Source of the DNA: an uncultured Bacteroidales bacterium
GTDB lineage: Bacteria > Bacteroidota > Bacteroidia > Bacteroidales > FEN-979
DNA length: 64,000 bases
Assembly: GCA_963768805.1 (NCBI GenBank)
Contig: CAVYJI010000008.1
Location: 131,885 to 195,884 of the forward strand
Direction: 5' to 3'
Position 1 is the stretch's first letter. Every line of letters begins with the position of its first letter. A program made the position numbers and the translations under genes. Under the pieces are notes generated by a model. It was not told the origin of the DNA and made no database searches. It saw only the letters and a list, made by a program, of their open reading frames with translations. Shown one piece after another: positions 17,402-26,404 of the stretch.

Positions 17402-17440
17402 AAAAAAAAAGATGGCATCATTGGGTGCCATCTTTTTTTT
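17402..17440. terminator. Bidirectional rho-independent terminator
   Basis: A9-GATGGCA-loop-TGCCATC-T8. Confidence 0.75.
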
Positions 17441-17536
17441 GATTATGTCCGCCTTTTCCCTGGCAGATTTTCTGTCTGATATGCTTTATCCTTAATTACA
17501 AATGTGTATTTTTGATGGCGTCTTAAAAAGCCTTTC

Positions 17537-20500
17537 TTGATCCATCGAAATATACTGGTTTTCATTCTTTTTATTGTCCTGGCGCCCGTTCTCCTGTGGG
17601 GTCAGGATGTGATGTGGTCGACTGGGATGAAAGAGAATGCAAAGCTGCTGTACGATGCAAACGGTGCCGGCCTGGCGGTCAATGCCAACCAAGTCATCCG
17701 TGAGATTGCCGACGATATGATCAGGCCCTATGAGGCGGTAAGCATTGAACTCCGGGCCACCCTGGATGTGAGGGTCAGGAAAGGCAAGGATGGCAAGCCC
17801 TCGCTTGCGGTCTCCTTTGCACAGCTTGGCCTTTCAGGGGATACCCATTTCCGGGGATTTCCTATTGAAGAGTCCATCAAACCCGACAGGGTGAGCTTCA
17901 CCTGCTGCATAACGAACAAGATAAGTCATGACTCCATCATCACCATTGAAGCATCTGAACTGCCGTGGTACACATACGACAGCCGTTTTCTTGTCAGGCC
18001 GATCCCCCGGTTCTCTGTTGATTCTGACACTATTGTCGTACGTGATTTCAGGATGGCTCTTACTGATGCCACCCTGAAACGCTTCCAGGAGAGGGTTGCT
18101 CTGATCAATGATTATTATGCTGCCTGCGCCATCTTCGATACATTACAGCAGGGACTGAGGCAGCTTGATTTTTCTCTCGCAGGCAACTTTCCGCGTTATT
18201 TCATATTTCTTGAGGAGATGAATAAAATCCTTGCTGTCATCAAGGATAAAGATCTTGAGAAGAAATTGGACCTCCAGGCCTTTGATCCACGCGACTTTCG
18301 CAGAAGAAACGCCCAGATCACGCGCCAGGCCGATGAAGTAACGGCCTTGTTTAAAGATAAGATCAAGGCAACCACTATCATCATCCCGTATGATTCCACA
18401 GAGGTGCTCATCAGCGAATTCCTGAGCGGGATAACCAGGTACATCCGCTGGTCGATGCTTGTATCTGAACGCAACAGCAGAATGTATTACCAATACCTCC
18501 GCGATTACTTCACAATGAATGCTTTCGGCAAGGATGGCCCCGTTATCCGCGACCTGGTGGCAAGGATCTGGCCAAAAGAAAAAGATAATGTTGTGATGAC
18601 CCGGATCTCACTGAAGATCAAGTCCTCATACAACGATCTTGCCGACCAGCTCATCCGCGATCACAGGTATGCGGAATCCGTGGAGTTGCTGAAACACGCC
18701 AAGAGTTTTGCAAAGATCAATCCTTTCCTGAAGGAGAACGACAGTGATAAAAAAATGACCAGCAAGGCGGCAAACGGGATCTATGATTCGTACCTTGGCA
18801 TTGCCGAGTTCGCGATAGAGAATAATAAGAAGGCTATGGCGAGGCTTTACCTGCAGAAAGCGCAGCTCTACCTGAAAGAGCATGCACCTTATGTTACTCC
18901 CGATTCTCTCTTTAATCATGTGGTCGGTGAACTCATTACAGGGAACTGCGCACAGTGCGATACACTCTACAAACACGGGCAATACTCAGATGCTTACAAT
19001 TGCTACCGGGAATTCAGGTCCGGCAATGATACTGTTACACTTGCCTTGTGCTTACCCAATATCGATAAACGGATCGGTTATTGTAAAAAATTAATGTCGC
19101 CGGCTGCCCTTGCAGCTGCAGCAAAGGAACCGGCGAAGCCAACGCCTGTCGCATCAGTATTAAACGTATCGGGGAAGCCTGTTCTTGTCGCGGCAGCGCC
19201 AAAGGAACCCGGGAAGCCACAAGCAGGGGAGAAGGTTGAAAGGCCTCTTGCAACCAGGGCCATGGCTGCTGTGCCTGGGAAAACGCAGGGCAGGCAGCAT
19301 CAGGACATTTCAAAAATTGTGAGGATGCATGAACCACAGTCCCTCGCGGTTTCATCCCCGGTCCAGGGATCACTGCCCTCTTACCTGGCAAAGCGGGTCC
19401 CCGGTATTGGCGCAAAACCTGTACGTATGCACGAGCCGTTGCTCCTTGCGGTTACGGAACCTGTCCAGGGATCGCTGCCTTCCTCCATGATCCGGCGGGT
19501 TGCTGTCATCTTGTCAAATCCTGTGCGGATGCAAGAGCCGCTGTCCCTCCTGATTCCCAGGCCGGTGCCTGTATCGCTGCCTCCCTTTTTTACGAGGCCG
19601 GCCCCCGGCAAGGTGGTCAAACCTGCACGGATGCACGAACCACGACTCCTGGCCGTGACCAAACAAGTGCGTGATACACTTCCTCCTGCCCTGACCAAAC
19701 GGGTACACGATTCCATACAGCTGGCAATGACCAAACCGTTACCTGTCATTCCCGTGGCCAAACCGGTTCATCCATCCCTGCCTCAATCCGTGACCAAACC
19801 GCAGCCCGTCATCACGGAGAACATTGAGATCGCAGCGGATACACTGTCAGATTCTATTGCCGAGGACCCGATCCCTCACTTCCTTGCCAGCCTTCTTTCT
19901 TCGGGAGTGTCACTTATCTGGACGAACCAGCTTAAGCTTGCTGATCACCTGGTCGATTCGATCGCTTCTGCGCAGAACAAGCACGGCCTTGCCTCTTCAT
20001 ATGAGCTGACCCATGCCATCAGCCTGTACCGGAAAAAGATTGCAGTGATGAAATGCTGGACGGAGAAGGAGAATACAGAAGTCTTCCTCCTCAGGGCGCA
20101 AGAACAAAGGGAGAAGAAGGATTTCATAAGGGCAGCCGCCCTCCAGGATTCAGCATTGATGTGTATTAAGAAAAACCCTGAATGCGATATATCACCGACG
20201 GGGCTTGAGGATACGGTAAAAACTTATTCAGAGGCTGTGGAATACCAGAAGAAGCTAAAGGAAGTTCAGCGTTTGTCGGTGCCACGTAAGGAAAGGGAAT
20301 TAGTAAAGAGCCTCTGCCAGGCTGAGCAATATTTTTCTGTACACCATATCGCCAGGTTTGGCATTACGAACCTTGCTACGTATGATGTCGTAAGGGAGAA
20401 AGCAAATACCTATCTAACCATGCAGGCATTTAATTATTTCAGGCAGCAACAGCGGTTCCAGGATGCATTTCTTTACCTGAAGCTCCTGCGTATTGAAGAT

Positions 20501-20719
20501 TACCCGGAAGATAAGGTCAGGGATTACCAGGTATCGATTGCAGGCAGGATCGCAGATAAGGATTTTAAGGAACACCCTGATGATAACCCCTCAACCCGCG
20601 TCCTCTCCTATACCAACGGTGACAAATACTTCAAACCCTTTTCTGAGAGTTACAGGAAAACCTGGAAAAGCAGGCAGAAACAGCATATAGTGCCCGGGCA
20701 TACCAGGTCCGGTAAATGA
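17537..20719 (+). CDS. Large hypothetical secreted protein with a central proline-rich 34-aa repeat block
   Basis: 1060 aa with a TTG start and signal-peptide-like N-terminus. Four repeats of VRMHEP..LAV...V.GSLP. GC-rich, so many spurious antisense ORFs overlap it. Confidence 0.7.
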   Translation: MIHRNILVFILFIVLAPVLLWGQDVMWSTGMKENAKLLYDANGAGLAVNANQVIREIADDMIRPYEAVSIELRATLDVRVRKGKDGKPSLAVSFAQLGLSGDTHFRGFPIEESIKPDRVSFTCCITNKISHDSIITIEASELPWYTYDSRFLVRPIPRFSVDSDTIVVRDFRMALTDATLKRFQERVALINDYYAACAIFDTLQQGLRQLDFSLAGNFPRYFIFLEEMNKILAVIKDKDLEKKLDLQAFDPRDFRRRNAQITRQADEVTALFKDKIKATTIIIPYDSTEVLISEFLSGITRYIRWSMLVSERNSRMYYQYLRDYFTMNAFGKDGPVIRDLVARIWPKEKDNVVMTRISLKIKSSYNDLADQLIRDHRYAESVELLKHAKSFAKINPFLKENDSDKKMTSKAANGIYDSYLGIAEFAIENNKKAMARLYLQKAQLYLKEHAPYVTPDSLFNHVVGELITGNCAQCDTLYKHGQYSDAYNCYREFRSGNDTVTLALCLPNIDKRIGYCKKLMSPAALAAAAKEPAKPTPVASVLNVSGKPVLVAAAPKEPGKPQAGEKVERPLATRAMAAVPGKTQGRQHQDISKIVRMHEPQSLAVSSPVQGSLPSYLAKRVPGIGAKPVRMHEPLLLAVTEPVQGSLPSSMIRRVAVILSNPVRMQEPLSLLIPRPVPVSLPPFFTRPAPGKVVKPARMHEPRLLAVTKQVRDTLPPALTKRVHDSIQLAMTKPLPVIPVAKPVHPSLPQSVTKPQPVITENIEIAADTLSDSIAEDPIPHFLASLLSSGVSLIWTNQLKLADHLVDSIASAQNKHGLASSYELTHAISLYRKKIAVMKCWTEKENTEVFLLRAQEQREKKDFIRAAALQDSALMCIKKNPECDISPTGLEDTVKTYSEAVEYQKKLKEVQRLSVPRKERELVKSLCQAEQYFSVHHIARFGITNLATYDVVREKANTYLTMQAFNYFRQQQRFQDAFLYLKLLRIEDYPEDKVRDYQVSIAGRIADKDFKEHPDDNPSTRVLSYTNGDKYFKPFSESYRKTWKSRQKQHIVPGHTRSGK

Positions 20720-20735
20720 AATTGCATCCCGGTAC

Positions 20736-22310
20736 TTACTTCGCGTAGCTGATTGCCCTTGTCTCCCTGATCACCGTGATCTTTATCTGTCCGGGGTAGG
20801 TCATCTCGCTCTGGATCTTGCGTGAAAGGTCAAAGGCAACCTGGTTGGCTTCGGCATCTGTGATCTTATCGGCGCCGACGATAACCCGTAATTCACGGCC
20901 TGCCTGGATGGCATAAGTCTTGACAACTCCCGGGTAGGTGAGTGCCAGTTCCTCAAGGTGTTTGAGGCGTTCGATGTATGCATCCACAACCTCCCTGCGT
21001 GCCCCGGGCCGTGCCCCTGAGATGGAGTCGCAGACCTGGACGATAGGGGAGATGAGGTTATCCATTTCGATCTCATCATGATGTGCCCCGATGGCATTGC
21101 AGATCTCCGGCTTCTCCTTAAACTTCTCGGCTGTCTTCATCCCCAGGATGGCATGTGGCAGTTCAGGTTCAGTGTCAGGAACTTTCCCTATATCATGCAG
21201 CAGTCCGGCCCGCTTTGCTTTCTTCGGGTTGAGACCCAGCTCGGCGGCCATGGTCGCGGATAGTTTCGCGACCTCGATGGAGTGCTGTAAAAGGTTCTGT
21301 CCATAGGAAGAGCGGTATTTCATCCTGCCGATCATCCTGATCAGTTCATGGTGGAGGTTATGGATCCCCAGGTCGACGGTGATCCGTTTACCTGTCTCGA
21401 TGATCTCCTGTTCGATCTGTTTCTTTGTCTTTGCGACCACTTCTTCGATACGGGCCGGATGTATTCGTCCGTCGGTGACCAGTTTATGAAGTGATAAACG
21501 TGCAATCTCCCTTCTTACCGGGTCGAACCCAGAAAGAATGATGGCATCTGGAGAATCGTCAATGATGATCTCGATGCCGGTCAGCGATTCGAGGGTACGT
21601 ATGTTCCTTCCTTCACGGCCTATGATCCTTCCCTTGACCTCTTCATTATCGATATTGAATACCGAAACCGTATTTTCAATGGCATGCTCGGTTGCAGTGC
21701 GCTGGATGGTCTCGATGACGATCTTCTTGGCTTCGGTGTTTGCTGTGATGCGTGCCTCATCGATGATATCTTTCATCTGGACCAGTGCTTCCGATTTAGC
21801 ATCCTCTTTCAGTGTCTCGATCAGCTGTGTCTTTGCTTCTGCTGCGGAGAGGTTGGAGATGGCTTCCAGCTTTTCGATCTGGACTTTCTGGCTTTTTTCG
21901 AGGTCCTGTTGTTTCTTGTTCACAAGGTCCATTTGTGTCTGCAGGTTCTGCCGGATGGTGATCGTTTCTTTCTGTTTTTTCTGGACTTCTTCGAATTTCT
22001 GGCTGACGATCGTCTCTTTCTGTTTCAGCCTGTTTTCATTCTTCAACACCTCTTCATTCTTCTCATGAACGTACTTTTCATGTTCGGTTTTCAGCTGCAT
22101 GAATTTTTCCTTTGCCTGGAGGATCTTGTCCCTCTTGATCATTTCTGCCTTCTCCATGGCTTCCTTCAGGATCAGGTCGCGCTTGCGGTCCATTGCTTTA
22201 CGCAGGACGGTTCCAGTGATCAGTCCGCCAATAATGATCCCCGATATCCCTATGATGAGGATGGTTAGTGGATCCAGCGGTACATTGCTCAGAACTGTTA
22301 GAATGTTCAT
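20736..22310 (-). CDS. rny: Ribonuclease Y
   Basis: 524 aa. N-terminal TM, long K/E-rich coiled coil, KH domain ([12 protein letters not shown]), HD domain (LLHDIGK ... GAHH). Confidence 0.95.
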   Translation of the reverse strand: MNILTVLSNVPLDPLTILIIGISGIIIGGLITGTVLRKAMDRKRDLILKEAMEKAEMIKRDKILQAKEKFMQLKTEHEKYVHEKNEEVLKNENRLKQKETIVSQKFEEVQKKQKETITIRQNLQTQMDLVNKKQQDLEKSQKVQIEKLEAISNLSAAEAKTQLIETLKEDAKSEALVQMKDIIDEARITANTEAKKIVIETIQRTATEHAIENTVSVFNIDNEEVKGRIIGREGRNIRTLESLTGIEIIIDDSPDAIILSGFDPVRREIARLSLHKLVTDGRIHPARIEEVVAKTKKQIEQEIIETGKRITVDLGIHNLHHELIRMIGRMKYRSSYGQNLLQHSIEVAKLSATMAAELGLNPKKAKRAGLLHDIGKVPDTEPELPHAILGMKTAEKFKEKPEICNAIGAHHDEIEMDNLISPIVQVCDSISGARPGARREVVDAYIERLKHLEELALTYPGVVKTYAIQAGRELRVIVGADKITDAEANQVAFDLSRKIQSEMTYPGQIKITVIRETRAISYAK

Positions 22311-22356
22311 CTTTGATAGTTTTTAGTTGTTTATTTAGATGGAAGGAGTAGGAAAC

Positions 22357-22556
22357 AAAAAACCCGCACTTTCCCAGAGGTATTGATAAACCTCAATTGA
22401 CACGGATAGGGCTGCCAGTCACTTCGGGCTTCCACTGTCGCAGACTTAGCTGCGTTTCCCGCCGAAGCGGGATGAGGCCTGTCCTGGGTGCCTTGAGCTT
22501 ACGCCCTAATGTTTGTAATGTTAGGTTTACAAACTGTTTGGGATAAATGCGGGTTA
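22357..22556 (-). ncRNA. ssrS: Candidate 6S RNA (alternatively a structured rny leader)
   Basis: ~200-nt GC-rich conserved-looking block immediately downstream of zapA. The 5-prime AACCCGCA..TCCCA pairs with the 3-prime TGGGA..TGCGGGTT, followed by T6. Internal UUCG-capped hairpin CCCGC-TTCG-GCGGG. No ORF. Confidence 0.5.
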
Positions 22557-22581
22557 CCTTAATGGTATTGTCAAAGAACGT

Positions 22582-22881
22582 TTATGCCAACGGGCTTTGT
22601 AATAGTTCGTTCAAAGTATTGTCTATTCCTGCCAGTCTGTCATCCAACAGATATTCTGATTCCTTCATTTTCTGTTCATTCTGAAGAAAACTGACCGTAT
22701 ACTCCAGCGCTACCATTGCCAGCAGGTCCTGTTTATCTTTAAATGAATAACTGCCTGAATATTCCTTTATTCGTTTATCAATAAGCTTTGCCGAATTCCT
22801 GAAAATCTCTTCCTGTTCTTTCTCTACCACAAGCTTGTAGGGACGATCGGCAATAGTTAATGATATTGATAACTCACTCAT
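22582..22881 (-). CDS. zapA: Cell division protein ZapA
   Basis: 99 aa. The pattern L.I.DR.Y.L.V....EE..R.A...I.....Y.......D.QD.LAM.AL is typical of Bacteroidetes ZapA. Confidence 0.8.
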   Translation of the reverse strand: MSELSISLTIADRPYKLVVEKEQEEIFRNSAKLIDKRIKEYSGSYSFKDKQDLLAMVALEYTVSFLQNEQKMKESEYLLDDRLAGIDNTLNELLQSPLA

Positions 22882-22899
22882 TTGTTATGAACTTTACTT

Positions 22900-23187
22900 T
22901 TACGTATTCAGCAACCCGATGCAGTGATCGATTTCCCGCACTAACCTTGCAATCCTTTCTTTTGCTTCTGCTGCTCCTTCTTTAGTCTCTATTGATTTGG
23001 TTATTTTTAATGTATTTACTTTGTCTTCAAGATGGCGAATGATCTTTTTATTTTCCTCATTGATTTTTTTTAGTTCCTGGATCTCTTTTTGATATTCCTT
23101 TGTTTTTTCCCAAAGCTGCTTCTGTTGTTCAGTCAGTTTCAGCAGCTTGTTTTCGATGCTTGTTACAAGATTTAATGCATTTGTCAT
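22900..23187 (-). CDS. Coiled-coil protein upstream of zapA (ZapB-like, function unproven)
   Basis: 95 aa, heptad-rich K/E/L sequence, 18 nt upstream of zapA. Confidence 0.6.
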   Translation of the reverse strand: MTNALNLVTSIENKLLKLTEQQKQLWEKTKEYQKEIQELKKINEENKKIIRHLEDKVNTLKITKSIETKEGAAEAKERIARLVREIDHCIGLLNT

Positions 23188-23484
23188 TTAGCAAAACAAG
23201 ACATAATAAATGCAAAGATAATGAATAACCTTTTGAGTTGATAAAAAAAATAATCCCCGGTCGACAGCCCCAACAGAAAGCACCTCATCCCCCAGCGGCT
23301 GGTTCAATCAACCTCGCGTGGACGGGGTATAATTTCACGCCTCCCGGGGCAAAAACAGTACAATTATTCTGATACCTCATTGCTTGCGTCAAGAAGTTTC
23401 ATGAAGTAATATAAATTAATGTCTGTAACATATTACTTCCCGGTTCTAAAGCCGATTAAGGCAGATTCATAAAATGATTCTGCC

Positions 23485-24774
23485 ATGAATGAAGAATTCC
23501 TGCATTACCTGTGGAAGCATCGTCTGCTGGAGCCTGAACTGCGAACTGTCTCGGGTGAGCCGCTGACAATTATCCATCCCGGTGAGCATAATAAGGATGG
23601 GGGCCCTGATTTCTTCAATGCCCGGCTGAAGATCAACGGCACAACGTGGGCAGGCAATGTCGAGATCCATGTCCGCTCCTCGGCCTGGTACAAGCACAGG
23701 CACCAGCATGATCCCAGTTATGATAATGTGATCCTTCATATTGTCTATGAGAACGATGTCGATGTAAAGCGCCGTTCCGAAGAGAAGATCCCGACCCTGG
23801 TCATGAAAGGACATTTTCCCGGCTATATCTGGGAGCGGTACCGGGATTTTCAGGAGAACATGCATTGGATCCCCTGCGAGGCAGTCATCAATGATGCTGA
23901 TCCTTACATTCTTGAGCAATGGATCCCTTCCCTGGCCGTGGAGAGACTTGAGGAGAAGATCCTTCCTATGAGGAGAGGTCTTGAGGAAACCAAATTCGAC
24001 TGGGAGGAGACTTTTTACCGCAATCTGGCAGCATCATTTGGCTTCAGGATCAATGCCCATCCTTTCGGTTTGCTGGCCAGGTCATTGCCCTGGAAGCTGC
24101 TCCAGAAGCACCGCACAAGCTTGTTTCAGCTGGAGGCCCTGGTTTTCGGACAGGCAGGGTTACTTGGCCGGGATTTCATGGAGGATTATCCCAGGTTATT
24201 GCAGCAGGAATACAGGTTCCTGAAGGAAAAATATGGGCTTAATGAGATACCGGGCTCTCTCTGGAAATCCCTGAGACTACGCCCATCTAACTTTCCTGCG
24301 GTCCGCCTTGCCCAGTTTGCATGCCTCATATGGTCCTCCAAAGATCTCTTCAATTCAGTGCTGAGAAGTACGGATTCCCGCGAGATGAATGATCTTTTTG
24401 GCGTGCAGGCATCCGGCTACTGGGACACGCACTTTTTATTCGGTAAGATGTCAATTCCCAAGCCCAAGTTCCTGGGCATAGATTCTATCCGCCTGCTCAC
24501 GGTCAACTTCGTTGTGCCCTTCCTTTTTCTCTATGGCGATGCAAAAGGGATCCCATCTTTTAAAGAAAAAGGGATTGCCTTTCTTGAAGACCTGCCACCA
24601 GAAAACAATGCCGTGATCAATCATTGGATGGAGACAGGCCTCTTTTCGCAGAATGCAATGTATACGCAGGCCCTCCTGCAGCTTAAAAGCCATTATTGTG
24701 ATAAAAAAAGATGCCTGGAATGCCGGATAGGGAATCAGTTATTGAGCAGGGGAAATGTGAAATGTGAAATGTGA
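23485..24774 (+). CDS. DUF2851 family protein
   Basis: 429 aa. The N-terminus EEFLHYLWKHRLL...G..L.I..PGE.N.D.GPDF..A...I....W.GNVEIH...S.W..H.H is the DUF2851 hallmark. Confidence 0.8.
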   Translation: MNEEFLHYLWKHRLLEPELRTVSGEPLTIIHPGEHNKDGGPDFFNARLKINGTTWAGNVEIHVRSSAWYKHRHQHDPSYDNVILHIVYENDVDVKRRSEEKIPTLVMKGHFPGYIWERYRDFQENMHWIPCEAVINDADPYILEQWIPSLAVERLEEKILPMRRGLEETKFDWEETFYRNLAASFGFRINAHPFGLLARSLPWKLLQKHRTSLFQLEALVFGQAGLLGRDFMEDYPRLLQQEYRFLKEKYGLNEIPGSLWKSLRLRPSNFPAVRLAQFACLIWSSKDLFNSVLRSTDSREMNDLFGVQASGYWDTHFLFGKMSIPKPKFLGIDSIRLLTVNFVVPFLFLYGDAKGIPSFKEKGIAFLEDLPPENNAVINHWMETGLFSQNAMYTQALLQLKSHYCDKKRCLECRIGNQLLSRGNVKCEM

Positions 24775-25463
24775 AACTGAATACGATCATAAAAGACTAT
24801 TTTACTTTTAACCGCAGGGAACAGCGGGGCCTGTTCATATTGCTTTCCATTTTTTTCTTACTCGTCATTGCAAATGAAGTCATTCCCGTGGTTGTTAAAC
24901 CGGGTGTGGTGGATCAGTCCGGCTTTGAAAGAGAGGTTGCAGCATTTGAAAGATCAGTCAGCCTGGCGGATTCTGCAGAGAAACTGGCACTGAAGTCAGG
25001 TCCGCATAAAGCCGGATCTGGCGGTGATTCATCATTATCGGGCAAGTCTTATCCAAAAGAAAACTTTATCATCGAATTGAATACAGCAGATACATTCGCG
25101 CTGCAGCGCCTCAGGGGGATAGGGCCATCTTTTGCGAGGAGGATCGTCAGTTACCGGGAGAGACTGGGAGGATACAGCGACAGATCCCAACTACTGGAGA
25201 TCTGGGGGATGGATACTACCAGGTACAATGTCATCAAAGAACATCTTACCGTAAATCCCGGTTCAGTTCAGCCTATAGATCTGAATACGGTCACCTTCAA
25301 GAAGCTGCTTGCCCATCCCTATTTCCCTTTTGAGATCACTAAAGCGATCATGATCTACAGGAAAGAGCATAAAAAGTTTGTAAATGTTGAAGAGCTAAAG
25401 AAAGTTGAAGTCATATCCGATTCTATTTACCGGAAAATAAAGATCTATGTTAAGGTTGAATAA
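24771..25463 (+). CDS. comEA: ComEA-like helix-hairpin-helix DNA-binding protein
   Basis: 230 aa with a GTG start overlapping the upstream stop (GTGA). TM anchor, then two HhH units (LQRLRGIGPSFARRIVSYRE..GGY and ..LLAHPYF.FEITKAIMIYR). Confidence 0.75.
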   Translation: MKLNTIIKDYFTFNRREQRGLFILLSIFFLLVIANEVIPVVVKPGVVDQSGFEREVAAFERSVSLADSAEKLALKSGPHKAGSGGDSSLSGKSYPKENFIIELNTADTFALQRLRGIGPSFARRIVSYRERLGGYSDRSQLLEIWGMDTTRYNVIKEHLTVNPGSVQPIDLNTVTFKKLLAHPYFPFEITKAIMIYRKEHKKFVNVEELKKVEVISDSIYRKIKIYVKVE

Positions 25464-25548
25464 GAAATTTTCGTCGATCAGATGAAAAAAAACTAACCCT
25501 GCCGGGCGGAATTACAAATTCCGTTCAGCATCAGATCAAAACAAAGAG

Positions 25549-26277
25549 CTATTTCTTTTGTTCTTTATATTCATAATTATAAGTAGTGCCTCCCGGTTGG
25601 CCTGTATTGCCTGGGCCATCGTTCCCTTCTTCATTTTCATCTTCATTTTCATTTTCATTTTCATCTTCATCATCTTCCTCATTCTCCCATTCATAGACTT
25701 TCCGCTGCGGGCCTGAGTTGCGGTAATAGATTGCCAGCACTGCGCCTGCCAGCAGTCCCATCAAATGCGATTCCCAGGATATCGGCTGATGGGGGAATAG
25801 TTGAGGGAAGATACCCCAGACCAGTCCCCCATAAAGGAAAGCTATCAGCAGGGTGATCGACATGAGCCGGGCGTCCCTGCGGATAATCCCGCTTAAAAAA
25901 AGAAAAGAAGCCAGCCCATATACGACCCCGCTGGCGCCTATATGCACTGAATCCCCACGCGCGAAAACCCAGACCCATGACCCCGTGACCACCCAGACCA
26001 GCCAAAAGATATTCCATGCGATCGGGCGGTAGAAATAGAAGAGCAATCCCCCGAGGAAAAGAAACGGGAGTGTATTTGCAGAAAGGTGTGAAAAGTTTTC
26101 ATGAAGCAGAGGGGCTAAAAGGATCCCCGGCAGGCCCTTCAAGGTCAGGGGCTGGATCCCGAATCCTTCAAGGTCGACATTGACGACTACTTCAAAGATC
26201 TTGACCATCCACATGAGAACCACGAAGATACCGGGAACTATCAGGCTGCCAAGCATTCTCTTTTGTTCATCTTGCAT
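25549..26277 (-). CDS. Rhomboid family intramembrane serine protease with an acidic C-terminal tail
   Basis: 242 aa, six TM segments. GASGVVYG catalytic Ser motif and a downstream HL.G..AG His. The tail reads EWENEEDDEDENENENEDENEEGNDG. Confidence 0.85.
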   Translation of the reverse strand: MQDEQKRMLGSLIVPGIFVVLMWMVKIFEVVVNVDLEGFGIQPLTLKGLPGILLAPLLHENFSHLSANTLPFLFLGGLLFYFYRPIAWNIFWLVWVVTGSWVWVFARGDSVHIGASGVVYGLASFLFLSGIIRRDARLMSITLLIAFLYGGLVWGIFPQLFPHQPISWESHLMGLLAGAVLAIYYRNSGPQRKVYEWENEEDDEDENENENEDENEEGNDGPGNTGQPGGTTYNYEYKEQKK

Positions 26278-26404
26278 CTTCGATATAATTAATTGGCCTG
26301 ATCTTCGTTTGTGGTATAAAATTAGTTAAAAAGGATTCATATTTATACAGTCAGGAAAATCTTTTACTTTTGGATCTTTAAAATCATTATTAATAAAGCA
26401 GTTG

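Noticed and set aside
21078-22326. Several long plus-strand ORFs (for example 21538-22068, 21684-22268, 22099-22326) antisense to rny.
   Set aside because: rny is unambiguous. The antisense frames are low-complexity artefacts of its K/E-rich coiled-coil region. The same reasoning applies to antisense ORFs within 17537-20719, sucC, the 1585-aa repeat gene, the cysK-like gene, the LeuCD-like gene, the adhesin, asnA and hup.
23255-23349. SRP (4.5S) RNA or an RNase P fragment.
   Set aside because: It lacks the GGAA-capped helix with the AGCAGC/GGUCC symmetric-loop motif of SRP domain IV. It is far too short for RNase P. It is kept only as an unclassified structured block.
24751-24776. The heptamer run GAAATGT x3 at the DUF2851/comEA junction, and a similar AAATGTGAAGTGTAAAATGTAAAC at 58266-58290.
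   Set aside because: Both are short, and the first is simply coding (..GNVKCEM*). There is no further structure or recurrence to support a function.
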